Below, one piece after another: positions 39,395-50,005 of a stretch of 60,925 nucleotides of DNA. Source of the DNA: Patescibacteria group bacterium. Lineage in GTDB: Bacteria > Patescibacteriota > Microgenomatia > UBA12405. The first letter of the stretch is position 1; every line of letters starts with the position of its first letter. The translations under genes and the position numbers were made by a program. The notes beneath the pieces are model-generated. The model was not told the origin of the DNA, searched no databases, and worked only from the letters and a program-made list of their open reading frames with translations. The DNA lies in assembly GCA_018902845.1 (NCBI GenBank), contig JAHIPV010000012.1, forward strand, positions 1-60,925. Direction: 5' to 3'.

Positions 39395-41182
39395 ATGAAT
39401 AAACAAGATAAAGCACAAACAGTTTCCAAAGCAAAAGGTCGACCAATGCTTACTTGGGTTGGGAAAAAACCTTTAGATAAAATCGAATACTTTCCCGCTC
39501 AAGAAAAAGAGGTCTATGGCGATAAATCCTCAAAAGAATTTAACAAGCTATTCTGGGGCGATAATCTTCAAGTTCTCTCTCATCTCCTAAAAGAATACCG
39601 AGGAAAAATTGACCTGATTTATATTGACCCTCCTTTCGATAGTAAGGCTGATTATATTAAGAAGGTAAAAATTAAAGGCGAAAAAACAGAAGGTACACAA
39701 CAAAGTATTTTGGAGGAAAAGCAATATACCGACATTTGGGAAAACGATGAATACCTCCAATTTATGTACGAAAGATTTCTTGTGATAAAAGAGCTTCTTT
39801 CCGAAACAGGAAGTTTATATGTTCATTGTGATTACAGGAAAGATAGCTACCTGAGAATTATACTTGACGAAGTTTTCGGGGAAGAGAATCTGGTGAATGA
39901 AATTATTTGGGGGTATAGAACGGGTGGTATATCGAAGGGCACCTTTGCTCGTAAACACGACACAATACTTTTTTATGCTAAATCAAATAAGTTTAAATTC
40001 AATACGCAGTTTTATAAATCTTATCAACAAAAAAAGTACAATTTTAGTGAAAAATACCCAGAGCTTTATGACAAAGAAAAACAAAAATGGTACCACAATT
40101 CCGTGTGCAGAGATGTCTGGGAGGATATCTTTCCAATCGGAACAGAACCTGGAAACATGGAAAGGGGAGATTATCCGACCCAAAAACCAGAGGCTTTACT
40201 GAAGAGGGTAATTGAGGCATCTTCAGATCCAGGGGGCATCGTGATGGATTGTTTCTGCGGAAGCGGAACAACATTAGCTGTGGCTCAGAAATTGGGCCGA
40301 CGATGGATTGGATGCGATATTAACATTGGAGCCATCCAAACATCTTCTAAGCGTTTAGCAAGTATTATCGAGGCCCAATTGGGGAAGGTGTCGGCAAAGT
40401 TAATTAAAGACGATTTTAAGAGACTACACGCCTTTAAAGTACTGAATGTTAACGACTATGACATTTTCAAAAATGAAATTGAAGCCAAAGAGATTGTTAT
40501 GGACATGTACGGGGTTGAACCGATTAAAAGAAGCAGTTTTGACGGGATTTTGGACAACAACTTTGTCAAAGTAATGCCCCTTAATCGAGTACTTAACAAA
40601 TTGGATATAAAAAATGTTCTAAAAAACATAAATGACAGTATCGATAGTTTTACTGCCAAGTCAACCTCAAAATCTGGAGAAGAAGTCTATCAAGAGGGTG
40701 TTATCTTAATTTGTTCAGGTGCAGAACTCGATACCGAAAATTATCTTAAAAAAGAAAACAACACAGGAGTAAAAGTCACCATTCGAGATATTCTTAACGA
40801 TAAGAAAAACTTAATCTTCAAAAAGAAGCCGGAGGCCAAAATTGAGGTTAAAGCAAAAAACAGTGAGTTATCGGTTGTCATTAAGGAATTTTACTCACCA
40901 ATTTTGATGAGAAAACTAGAGCTTGAGAACGAGAAGATGATTGATAAGAAAGCTCAAGCTAAAGTGGAAGACTTTAAACAAATCATTGAAAGTGTAGCAA
41001 TTGATGTTGACTACGATTCCGAGCTATTTAACGCCGAAATTATCGACTTACCAGACAAAAAAGAAATTATCAAATCGAAATATAAATATCACTATCCCAA
41101 AAAAGGAAAATATACTATAGCAATTAAAATTGTTGATGTTTTGGGAGAAGAATATTTTGAAACGTTTAATGTTACAGCGTAA
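39395..41182 (+). CDS. mod: Type III R-M methyltransferase (Mod), second system
   Basis: YIDPPF, YPTQKPE, DCFCGSGTT. Confidence 0.9.
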   Translation: MNKQDKAQTVSKAKGRPMLTWVGKKPLDKIEYFPAQEKEVYGDKSSKEFNKLFWGDNLQVLSHLLKEYRGKIDLIYIDPPFDSKADYIKKVKIKGEKTEGTQQSILEEKQYTDIWENDEYLQFMYERFLVIKELLSETGSLYVHCDYRKDSYLRIILDEVFGEENLVNEIIWGYRTGGISKGTFARKHDTILFYAKSNKFKFNTQFYKSYQQKKYNFSEKYPELYDKEKQKWYHNSVCRDVWEDIFPIGTEPGNMERGDYPTQKPEALLKRVIEASSDPGGIVMDCFCGSGTTLAVAQKLGRRWIGCDINIGAIQTSSKRLASIIEAQLGKVSAKLIKDDFKRLHAFKVLNVNDYDIFKNEIEAKEIVMDMYGVEPIKRSSFDGILDNNFVKVMPLNRVLNKLDIKNVLKNINDSIDSFTAKSTSKSGEEVYQEGVILICSGAELDTENYLKKENNTGVKVTIRDILNDKKNLIFKKKPEAKIEVKAKNSELSVVIKEFYSPILMRKLELENEKMIDKKAQAKVEDFKQIIESVAIDVDYDSELFNAEIIDLPDKKEIIKSKYKYHYPKKGKYTIAIKIVDVLGEEYFETFNVTA

Positions 41183-41187
41183 ATATA

Positions 41188-43731
41188 ATGGACAACACTT
41201 TGCTTCAAGCCATACAAAAACAAGTCGAAGATTGGCGAAGTGGTGAGTATAAAGGAATCAAAAAAGAAACGCTCAATATTCTCAGGTACATAAAAAGGAT
41301 TGGATTTCTCCACCAACCCCAAGTTGAAGCTCTTGAAACATATATTTATCTTAAAGAAATATATGGCAATAAGCCATTTGTAGATATTGTTCGAGATATT
41401 TTTGAAAATGAAAAAGACTTGATTCTATCTTTGGGGTTAAGTGAGAAAGAGGCTCTTGAACTGGCTTTTGATAAAGAAAAAGAAAAGAAAATTGATGCTT
41501 TACTCCACAAACAATACAACAGCGTTGACTATTCCAACCAAGTATATGCCCTTACAATGGGAGCGGGTAAAACAATCTTAATGGGAACAATGATTTTATA
41601 TGATTTTGTTTTATCTTACTATTACCCCGAAGATGCTCGTTTTGGTAAAAACGCCCTCGTTTTTGCTCCAGACACGACCATTATTGACAGTTTAAAAGAA
41701 ATAAAAACATTTGATTACGCCAAGGTATTGCCCAGAGAGTATCGTTTGATTATTTTAAACATTAAATATCATTACCTTGAAAATACAGAAACATCAGTAT
41801 CGGCCATTGGAAATTACAACATTATCGTTTCTAATTCACAAAAAATTATCCTTAAAACCCGCCATAAAGAAAATAATAATGCCAAGCTGTTTAGAGACGA
41901 GCGGTTTCTCAAAAGTAAAGCAATCGAAAACAAAAGATTACATGCAATTCGAGAGTTACAAAGTTTGATAGTTTTTGTTGACGAAGCTCACCATTCTTTC
42001 GGTACCACCTTGGAGGGAACGCTTAAAAAAACCAAAGAAACGATTAATTTTATTCATAAGGAAGGTAAAACCCCACTTGTGGCTGTAATCAACCTGACAG
42101 GAACACCATATATTAAAAACAAAATGATTAGCGATGTGGTTTGCCATTTTGGACTAAAACAAGGGATTGAGAAGGGAATTTTAAAGCAAGTTAGATTTTT
42201 TGAATATGACAATGTTAAAACAGAAGGTTTCATCGAAGACATAGTTAAAAAATTTTGGGGGGAGTATAAGGAAAATAGGTTAGAAAATAAACTACCCAAA
42301 ATTGCTTTTTATGCCTCAAATATTGACGATTTACAAAAAGAATTAAAACCTAAGTTAGAAACAATTTTATTAAAACACGGAATTCCTCAAGACAAAATTC
42401 TCGAATATCACACAGAAGCAGAAAAAAGCAAAGAAGAATTTCAAAAATTAGACACCCCAGATAGCACAAAGCAATTTATCCTTTTGGTTGGCAAGGGTAC
42501 GGAAGGGTGGAATTGTCGTTCTTTGGTTGCTTGTGCTTTGTATCGTAAGCCCAAAAGTTCAATTTTTGTTTTACAATCTTCGACAAGGTGCTTAAGAAGC
42601 ATTGGTGACAATTCAACAATAGCCTCAATCTTTTTATCTCAGGAAAATTACCAAATCTTAGATAGGGAACTAAAAAACAATTTTGCTACGACAATTGAAG
42701 AACTTAATAATCAGGAACAGAAAAGTGTTGAGCACACTCTCACAGTTGAAAAAAAAAGGAAAATCAAAGTAAAAAAGGTATTAAAAGAAATTATTTCCGT
42801 AACAACTAAAGACGCAGAAGAGATTAATATCGATTGGGATAACTTTAAAGCAAATGACTATCTTCCTTATTTATCAGAAAGTGGAATTTTACTAAATCAA
42901 GAGAAAAAAGCCGAGTATCTTAAGTCTCACGCCAAAAAACAATTATCAATAAAAAGCGACCTAACATTTTATGAAATAGTCGAAATCATTAATAGATACA
43001 CTCTTCTTCCTTGTTTAATTATCGAGAAAATATTGTTAAACGAAAAAAGTAGAGACTCAATTACTTTAAAAGTGAATAGCAATACGGGATTGTTACCGTT
43101 TATAACAGAAAACATACTTAAAAAAGCTTATCAGTATGAAGAAAAAACAGACATTGTTGAAGAAGAACTGGAACTTACAAAAGAATATCCATTCAAAATT
43201 AACATCGACGAGAGAAGAAATGATTTAGTTGTTTACAAACAAGACTCCGATAAAAGCAGATTAGGGTTTCATATCAATCCTTATAATTTTGACAGTCGAG
43301 ATGAAAAAAGTTTGTTTTCTTATTTAAAAGAAGTTCTAGATGAAGATGAGGTAATTGTCGATATTTACTTCACAGGTGGGGTAACTGACGCAGTCCACAA
43401 TGACTTCTTCTTTGAATATTATAGTCCGACAGCTAAAAAAATTGCTCGTTACTTTCCAGATTTTTTAATCGAAACAAGCAAGGGAAGATTTTTGGTAATT
43501 GAAGTTAAATCAAATACCGAGAAATTAAGCTACGAACATAACAAAAAGGAATATAAAGGCGATAGAGAACATTTATTTGACGAGGTTTTTTCTAAAGAGC
43601 TTGGATTTCGACAATTTCAAAATATAAACAAAAATTTCGACTATCACATAATTTTTGACGCTGGTTTACAAGCACAACAGAAAGAGTTACTTGGAATAAT
43701 CAACAAAAAGTATGAATCGAATTTTAACTGA
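41188..43731 (+). CDS. res: Type III R-M restriction subunit (Res), second system
   Basis: MGAGKT, DEAHH, TGTP, EGWN, YFPDF..IEVK. Confidence 0.85.
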   Translation: MDNTLLQAIQKQVEDWRSGEYKGIKKETLNILRYIKRIGFLHQPQVEALETYIYLKEIYGNKPFVDIVRDIFENEKDLILSLGLSEKEALELAFDKEKEKKIDALLHKQYNSVDYSNQVYALTMGAGKTILMGTMILYDFVLSYYYPEDARFGKNALVFAPDTTIIDSLKEIKTFDYAKVLPREYRLIILNIKYHYLENTETSVSAIGNYNIIVSNSQKIILKTRHKENNNAKLFRDERFLKSKAIENKRLHAIRELQSLIVFVDEAHHSFGTTLEGTLKKTKETINFIHKEGKTPLVAVINLTGTPYIKNKMISDVVCHFGLKQGIEKGILKQVRFFEYDNVKTEGFIEDIVKKFWGEYKENRLENKLPKIAFYASNIDDLQKELKPKLETILLKHGIPQDKILEYHTEAEKSKEEFQKLDTPDSTKQFILLVGKGTEGWNCRSLVACALYRKPKSSIFVLQSSTRCLRSIGDNSTIASIFLSQENYQILDRELKNNFATTIEELNNQEQKSVEHTLTVEKKRKIKVKKVLKEIISVTTKDAEEINIDWDNFKANDYLPYLSESGILLNQEKKAEYLKSHAKKQLSIKSDLTFYEIVEIINRYTLLPCLIIEKILLNEKSRDSITLKVNSNTGLLPFITENILKKAYQYEEKTDIVEEELELTKEYPFKINIDERRNDLVVYKQDSDKSRLGFHINPYNFDSRDEKSLFSYLKEVLDEDEVIVDIYFTGGVTDAVHNDFFFEYYSPTAKKIARYFPDFLIETSKGRFLVIEVKSNTEKLSYEHNKKEYKGDREHLFDEVFSKELGFRQFQNINKNFDYHIIFDAGLQAQQKELLGIINKKYESNFN

Positions 43732-44428
43732 GGGTTTTGGTGCGTTTGCTGGGGCATTTTTTGCTTTCCTGTTTCTACGACTTGCCGAGTTTTTAACAAA
43801 GCTATACCAGAGAGAGGTTAAACACTATAATTCTCTAGTCCATCTTGAGACGCAATTAAACGAGATTATAGGTATTATTCACGATAATCTATATATTTTG
43901 CCAAATTTTATAAGAGTAATTAAGTCTGGGAATATTTATTTCAATAATCTGCAAACTATTCCGATAGACAAAAGCCATTATGACAATTTATACAATTTAG
44001 AATTAATGAATACTTTGTTTTCTTATCAGTACCAAACACGGAAGCTAAATGACGATATAGCAACCGCTACTCTTGGATACACAGATATTAAAAATGCATT
44101 AATTCAAAAAAACCTTGAAAAACCCGATTATATTATTAACGCAGAATTAATGGCTAAAAACTTGAAGCATATAGAAGTTTTCTTAGCAGAATTACAAAAT
44201 GAAACGATAGACCTACTGGCAAAAATTCGAATTCAGATAGCTTATGACAAGCCTCTTGGCACCAAACTACAATCATTTTTTATTCGTTCTTCCAGTAAGA
44301 AAATTAAAAAGAAAGAGATTGAGAAAGAAAAATCAAAACTTTTGAAGGAAATTGAAGAAACAAAAACTCAAAGTCAAAAACAAATTGATGAAATCATCAA
44401 AAAATATGAAAAAGATAGACAAGACTAA
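43712..44428 (+). CDS. Hypothetical protein, N-terminal TM plus helical domain
   Basis: GAFAGAFFAFLF TM segment; overlaps the res 3' end. Confidence 0.65.
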   Translation: MNRILTEGFGAFAGAFFAFLFLRLAEFLTKLYQREVKHYNSLVHLETQLNEIIGIIHDNLYILPNFIRVIKSGNIYFNNLQTIPIDKSHYDNLYNLELMNTLFSYQYQTRKLNDDIATATLGYTDIKNALIQKNLEKPDYIINAELMAKNLKHIEVFLAELQNETIDLLAKIRIQIAYDKPLGTKLQSFFIRSSSKKIKKKEIEKEKSKLLKEIEETKTQSQKQIDEIIKKYEKDRQD

Positions 44429-44545
44429 GATTCCAGCTAGTGAAAAAGTTGCAACGAAACCCACACCACCAGACAACCTGGCCTCCGATTTTCAGGAACT
44501 TATAGACGATAAACCAAAAAATAACGAAAAAAAATAGGGGAAAAA

Positions 44546-45073
44546 ATGACTGACGAACAAAAAAAAGGAGCATTAAAAGAAAGAATACTTATTGAACAAC
44601 TACGTCGCTTTGTAAAAGAACATCATTTTACTCGAACAAATCTGGTGACTGAGGAAATTAACAAAATTGAATCAGGCTTAAGGAATTTGTTATTTACTCT
44701 AGCAATTTTTCTTTTTACTTTCACTTCACCCATTTTTATCGAATCAAAAGGTTTACCAGAAATAGTAAAATTACTTCTTTTTCTTTCATGGATTTTTCTA
44801 TTTTCCTCAATGATATTCGGCTTAATTCAGATAGTAATTGATATAAAATTTCTTAGTAAAAGTGGGGAAATAGAAAATAAAGCTGAAAAGCTATGGTCAA
44901 CGGCATTTATAGGCTTTGACGAATACGAAAAGAGGGCAAAGGAAGGAGAAGAGTTGTTTGAAGATTTCGATACCCACTCTCCCTACATTCCATTGATTCA
45001 ACAAGTAGTCTTTCTCTTGATAGCGTTTTTATTGATTATGAGTGGAGCAAGCCTGCTATTATTTGGAAAATAA
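44546..45073 (+). CDS. Three-TM membrane protein
   Basis: Three hydrophobic segments. Confidence 0.65.
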   Translation: MTDEQKKGALKERILIEQLRRFVKEHHFTRTNLVTEEINKIESGLRNLLFTLAIFLFTFTSPIFIESKGLPEIVKLLLFLSWIFLFSSMIFGLIQIVIDIKFLSKSGEIENKAEKLWSTAFIGFDEYEKRAKEGEELFEDFDTHSPYIPLIQQVVFLLIAFLLIMSGASLLLFGK

Positions 45074-45098
45074 CAATTCGTTTTTAGTTTGTAAATCT

Positions 45099-45635
45099 TT
45101 ATTCACCGCACTGATTTTTGAGAGTTAAATAGCGAGACCTTAATTCTTTAAGATTGTCTACTTTTTCGTCCATATGATACTTTTTATAATTTTCTTCACC
45201 CAAGTATTCTAATTTACTTTCCAATTCTTCTATGCACTCATCTGTTCCTGGGAACGGCTTTACGTCACAAGCTTGTTTTATTTTTAAAAAAAGGTCATTT
45301 GCCTGCCTACAAACTTCTTCTTTATCTGCTTGGGTGTTATGTTCCACAATTTGCTTATTTTGTACCCCAAGGATATGTGAAAACTCTTCATCTTGTTTTG
45401 ACAAGTTGTTTGTAACCGTCTCTAACTCCTCTGTCTTACTATTAAGTTTACTGTTAAGATTTTTCACCTCACTTTTGAGAGAGGAAACTTCTTGTAAAAG
45501 TTTATTTTTTTCCTCCTCTTGTTTGTTGTAAAAAGTATAACCCGTAAAGCCAATCAGCACGAAAATGCCCATAATAAGGGTTATTGCTAGCCATCCCCAT
45601 ATGGAAATCCGTTTATTTAACGACTTATTTTTCAT
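45099..45635 (-). CDS. Membrane-anchored coiled-coil protein
   Basis: Likely ATG at 45635; TM, heptad repeats, four Cys. Confidence 0.7.
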   Translation of the reverse strand: MKNKSLNKRISIWGWLAITLIMGIFVLIGFTGYTFYNKQEEEKNKLLQEVSSLKSEVKNLNSKLNSKTEELETVTNNLSKQDEEFSHILGVQNKQIVEHNTQADKEEVCRQANDLFLKIKQACDVKPFPGTDECIEELESKLEYLGEENYKKYHMDEKVDNLKELRSRYLTLKNQCGE

Positions 45636-45736
45636 AAATATATTACCCCCTAACTTCAATTATAAATAATTTCTCCCATAAAGTCTATGTTTACTGCGTT
45701 GTCGTTTTCTAATGGTTGTTCAAGAATTAAACTATT

Positions 45737-45958
45737 ATGTTAACCAAGAGTGAATTTACCGCTGAAGTCGGCAAGGGAATCAAAAAATGGAGGATAAAGA
45801 GAAATGTCTCCCAAGAGGAGCTAGCTCACCGTGCAGGGCTCTACAGGACCTATGTAGGGCATTTAGAAAACTTCAAGTATTCTCCCAGTGCTTATGTTTT
45901 GTATAAAATTGCAAAGGCTCTAAAAGTTCAGATTTCTGATTTTTTCCCTGAAACCTAA
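45737..45958 (+). CDS. XRE-family HTH regulator
   Basis: GKGIKKWR..SQEELAHRAGLYRTYVGHLE..PS. Confidence 0.9.
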   Translation: MLTKSEFTAEVGKGIKKWRIKRNVSQEELAHRAGLYRTYVGHLENFKYSPSAYVLYKIAKALKVQISDFFPET

Positions 45959-46084
45959 ATTGCTCAAGAGCAGGGTGAAAAAATTCTTCCCGCCTTCTTT
46001 TCCAACGAATATCCTTGTCATTAAACTTGTAATGGGTATGTAGTGTTTGAGAAACCCGATAGTTCATGTTATACTAGAACCATC

Positions 46085-46636
46085 ATGATAGATTACAATA
46101 GATTTCCACTGACCCAAATGAAAATTCTTTTACGTCTCTGGGATAGTCCAGACAAGATGGGATTTGCTGAAGGTCGAGATGAAGGAGGAAGCGTTAAAGA
46201 ATTGTATAAAAAGGGATTTTTGGAACCGACAGGGAGGGACAGGCGCAGAATAAGGTGGAGATTAGTAAGCGGTAGATTAAGAGAAAATGACGTTATCTCC
46301 ATGAGGAAACTAGTAATACTACAATACTCAGGTTATGAAATAATTAAGTGGTCTGATGGTTTCAAGTTAGTCCCCAATAGCCTTAATATCGTTGCTTCTT
46401 TTATTGTTAAAAAGGAAAACTTTGTAGCTGGATTTGCTTTTAGGGTTGGGTACCTTGATTGGGTTGCGAAACAGTTGAGGGAAAAGAAAGAAGAAACAAT
46501 TAATAAAGCACTAAAAGTTATTGAGGATTATTTAACCAACAAGGAAGTAAAAAATCTGGAAGAATATACTTTTGAGTACTATTTTCCTGATTTTGTTAAA
46601 GTAGACAATCCAAAATGGTGGATAAAATCAAAATAA
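46085..46636 (+). CDS. Hypothetical protein with N-terminal winged-helix-like region
   Basis: Likely ATG at 46085; 'GGSVKELYKKGFLE'. Confidence 0.55.
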   Translation: MIDYNRFPLTQMKILLRLWDSPDKMGFAEGRDEGGSVKELYKKGFLEPTGRDRRRIRWRLVSGRLRENDVISMRKLVILQYSGYEIIKWSDGFKLVPNSLNIVASFIVKKENFVAGFAFRVGYLDWVAKQLREKKEETINKALKVIEDYLTNKEVKNLEEYTFEYYFPDFVKVDNPKWWIKSK

Positions 46637-46648
46637 ATTGAGATAAGT

Positions 46649-48154
46649 ATGAAAGCAAAAGATAAGCCTAAATTTGTTAAAGAAGCCCGTACGCTATTAG
46701 GAGAATTAGATGTTGAAAAGTTAATTAGCGACCCCAATGATTTAAAAATCTTATCAAAAATTAACCGCCTTATTGTAATTTTTACGGATTTTTCTTCGAA
46801 TGATGGGCAAGAATTGGAAAGGTTGTTAGCGGAGTATCAGAAATGGGGAAGAAGAAGCACAAGAGTAGGGCATATTAAAAATAGAGTTGTGGATATGTTG
46901 AGGTTCATTGACCAGAAAATTGGACAGATGGCTCTTTATGTTATCGAGGATGAAACTAGCAAATTGGTAAAATCCGCCGTTACTCAAGATGAAAAGTTTG
47001 ATGTTGCCTTCTCATTTGCAGGCGAACAAAGAGATTATGTGGCACAAGTTGCCCAACATGTTGAGAATAAAGGTAATATAAGTGTTTTTTATGATGATAA
47101 TTATGAGTTGGATATGTGGGGGAATAACATGGTCGATTATTTTAAGGATATTTTTGAGAACAGAGCAAATTATTGTGTAATGTTTATTTCAAAGGAGTAT
47201 GCCAATAAAACTTGGCCAAACTTTGAGAGACAAATTATTCAGGCAAAATCATTATTTCAAGAGGGGTATTTATTGCCAGTTAGGTTTGATGATACTCAAA
47301 TAAAAGGGGAAGTTTCTACGGTTAAGTATTTGAGTATTAAGGGCATGAAACCAGAAAATCTCGGTGAGAGAATAATCAAGAAGGTAGTTGGAAGTGACAA
47401 ATATACAGTAAAAAAAGAAACCAAAGTCGTAACGGTTACGAGTAAGGCAAACATTGCGACCCCAGAGGAAATACCACTTTTATACATAAAACCGAATGTC
47501 GGCAAACAGGGTGGCCCGAAAGGACACTTTCTTCATTTTACTGTAAAAAATATGTCTAATCAGGTGCTGTTTGACATTAATTGGGGCATGCGTGGTTTTA
47601 ACTATGAATGGAGACCTAAAACTGATTTTTTTGAGTTGGAACCAGAAAAAGAAAAAGAGTTGACATTTCCCCTTTCAAGTGAGGCGATATTTAAAGAAGA
47701 AATTCCTGAGTTAAATGTTTTTGCTGAATATAAAGACTTAGAAAATCGTCATTTTTTTGCAAGAAGAGAGCTCAAACAAGAAAAAGTTCCATCAGGAGCA
47801 TTTTTTGCTTTTAAAGCAGCTGAGTTCCATAAACCAAGCTTATTAAGGGATGATGGTTTAAAGTTATTATCAGGTCCAAACCTTATTGGAGATAGATACG
47901 AAATCGAGTTTGAAGTAAAGACTTCTAAAGGTATTGAAAAAGCAAAGATTGGAGTTAGTAAGACTTTTTTGTCGGTTTGGGATATGACTGAAGAAGATAA
48001 AGTTAAACAAGTTTTGGTTGAGTTGGGTCATAGGCAAATGAGAAAAATGACGAAAGAAGGTAGGGTGGGAGATTATGTGTTTGTAACAACAAGTTATCCG
48101 TTGGAATACCAAAGGGGGTTTGAAGGTTACAAAAAACTTAGAGACGCAATTTAA
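46649..48154 (+). CDS. TIR-domain protein with unknown N- and C-terminal domains
   Basis: FDVAFSFAGEQR, VFYD, FISKEY..WPNFE (catalytic Glu), LPVRFDD. Confidence 0.85.
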   Translation: MKAKDKPKFVKEARTLLGELDVEKLISDPNDLKILSKINRLIVIFTDFSSNDGQELERLLAEYQKWGRRSTRVGHIKNRVVDMLRFIDQKIGQMALYVIEDETSKLVKSAVTQDEKFDVAFSFAGEQRDYVAQVAQHVENKGNISVFYDDNYELDMWGNNMVDYFKDIFENRANYCVMFISKEYANKTWPNFERQIIQAKSLFQEGYLLPVRFDDTQIKGEVSTVKYLSIKGMKPENLGERIIKKVVGSDKYTVKKETKVVTVTSKANIATPEEIPLLYIKPNVGKQGGPKGHFLHFTVKNMSNQVLFDINWGMRGFNYEWRPKTDFFELEPEKEKELTFPLSSEAIFKEEIPELNVFAEYKDLENRHFFARRELKQEKVPSGAFFAFKAAEFHKPSLLRDDGLKLLSGPNLIGDRYEIEFEVKTSKGIEKAKIGVSKTFLSVWDMTEEDKVKQVLVELGHRQMRKMTKEGRVGDYVFVTTSYPLEYQRGFEGYKKLRDAI

Positions 48155-48171
48155 AAAATTAAAATATTACG

Positions 48172-48957
48172 ATGAACAATATTGGAATATTTTCCGAACA
48201 GGAAATAATCATAAATAATAAATTTTTTGTGTTATGCGCTAAAGAATATGAATTGCTTGTGAAGCTATTGCAACACAAGGAAAGTCTTGTTATGCAACTT
48301 AGTGGAAAGATTAAGGACACAGATAAACCTGATTACTCAATTGAGTTGATGCTTGCATACAACCTTCCTTTATTGAATGGCGCTGTAGAAAACTTAGCTA
48401 ATGGATACTTGGGGGTTTCTCAAATAATATTAAGGACGGTGTTAGAGAATACATGTCTGTCTATGTATTTTTTTGAATTTCCTAAAGATGAAAAGAAATA
48501 TAGGAAAAACAGAAAGTCATTTAATTGTAAGCTTAATGAATTGGGGTATGATACTTGGATAGAGGGGTGGTTAAATCGAATAGACAAAGAAGGTGAGAAA
48601 TTTTCAAAGCTGAAGGGAGAAGATAATGCTTGGTATCGGAGAATTTTCACAAACATTGTCAGCGAAGCTAGTTCTTTTGTGCATGTAGATATAGATTTTA
48701 TCTATGGTTTGGTTTATATAGATACTGGTGAAGAAAAATCTGATTACGCTCTTGGTCCAAACTGGTCAGATGATTTATTGGTAAAAAATGCATTATGGAA
48801 AATTATTGAAACATGTTTATATAGTTGTGCTGTTTTAGACAGAGTTTTTAAGAAATACATAACTGTCATTGATATGGCTTTATATAAGGATGCAATTAAC
48901 CAGTTAAACAATTGGAAAAAATTTTATGATAAAACAAATAGGAAAAAAAATAATTAA
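48172..48957 (+). CDS. HEPN-like helical protein (DUF5677-like); paralog of 22279-23019
   Basis: IGIFSEQEIIINNKF vs IGIFNREEVVIENSF; SSFVH; LGPN. Confidence 0.6.
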   Translation: MNNIGIFSEQEIIINNKFFVLCAKEYELLVKLLQHKESLVMQLSGKIKDTDKPDYSIELMLAYNLPLLNGAVENLANGYLGVSQIILRTVLENTCLSMYFFEFPKDEKKYRKNRKSFNCKLNELGYDTWIEGWLNRIDKEGEKFSKLKGEDNAWYRRIFTNIVSEASSFVHVDIDFIYGLVYIDTGEEKSDYALGPNWSDDLLVKNALWKIIETCLYSCAVLDRVFKKYITVIDMALYKDAINQLNNWKKFYDKTNRKKNN

Positions 48958-49519
48958 AAAAACCTCTTCGAGTGTACAAAGTAAACCTAATGAATATTTG
49001 ATAATCGACGAAGAAAGCAATGCAGTTGATTACTTAGTTCAATCTTGTGAATTTTTAGATAAAATTGAGAAAAATCGTTTATATATAAAGTGGTTTATTA
49101 TCGCTTTTCATGGCGCTATTTACTCCTTCATGATGTTGGCTTTATTAAAAGTAAATTCAGCTCAAATTTTTAGAGATAAAAAGAATAGCAAGCATCCGAT
49201 TGACCGTGATTTATTAAGTTTTTTGCAAATATACTTTTTACTTAAGAATAAAGACAATATGGGACAAAATCCGTTTATTTCAACAAATTATCATGATGAT
49301 TGTATGCAAGAACTGAATGATGAATTAAGGAATTTGATGATGCATTTTAGACCAATGGTGTGGGCAACAGAACCTTGGTATCCAGCCAGTGTTTGCTATC
49401 CTTTGCTTGATATTTTGAAATTTTGTATAAACCAAATACAATTTCGGCATTCAGATAATGCAACATTGCTAGCATACATAAATAGAGTCAGGGACTTATT
49501 AAGTAAATATAAAAAGTAG
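48926..49519 (+). CDS. HEPN-like protein
   Basis: KWFIIAFHGA, LRNLMMHF (RxxxxH). Confidence 0.6.
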   Translation: MIKQIGKKIIKKTSSSVQSKPNEYLIIDEESNAVDYLVQSCEFLDKIEKNRLYIKWFIIAFHGAIYSFMMLALLKVNSAQIFRDKKNSKHPIDRDLLSFLQIYFLLKNKDNMGQNPFISTNYHDDCMQELNDELRNLMMHFRPMVWATEPWYPASVCYPLLDILKFCINQIQFRHSDNATLLAYINRVRDLLSKYKK

Positions 49520-49602
49520 ATAAAAGCAATTTTATATTCTGTTTTGGACACGAGAAGAATGGGTGGTAAAATTCATAAATATAAAAATGTCTGAATCAAA
49601 AA

Positions 49603-49998
49603 ATGAATATTGAAGTAAAAAACCAAAAAATTTGGATTGGGTTGATTTTTGTAGCCTTAATTTCTAGTCTTTTGTCGGTTTTTATAAGTTTAAAACCAAC
49701 ACAACAGGCAAAAACTAATTTTCCTGCCAACGACAATCTCTGTAGTACAAATGACCTTTTAGAAATAAAAATGAAACTAATTTCAAGACAAACTTTCAAT
49801 CAAAGGTTGGTTTTTTCAGAAGGAATTTATAGTCTCACCGAAGAGGAATTAAACAACAAATGTATTCCAGAAAATTTCAGAAAAGAGTATAAAATTGCAC
49901 GGGACTGTTATTTGAGTAATAAAGGTTGTTCTCAGAACGGTTTTTTTGAGGAATTAAAGAAATTTCTCGAGATAACAACTCCAAGTAAAACTAATTAA
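49603..49998 (+). CDS. Small membrane-anchored protein
   Basis: N-terminal TM and four Cys. Confidence 0.55.
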   Translation: MNIEVKNQKIWIGLIFVALISSLLSVFISLKPTQQAKTNFPANDNLCSTNDLLEIKMKLISRQTFNQRLVFSEGIYSLTEEELNNKCIPENFRKEYKIARDCYLSNKGCSQNGFFEELKKFLEITTPSKTN

Positions 49999-50005
49999 AG
50001 CATAT

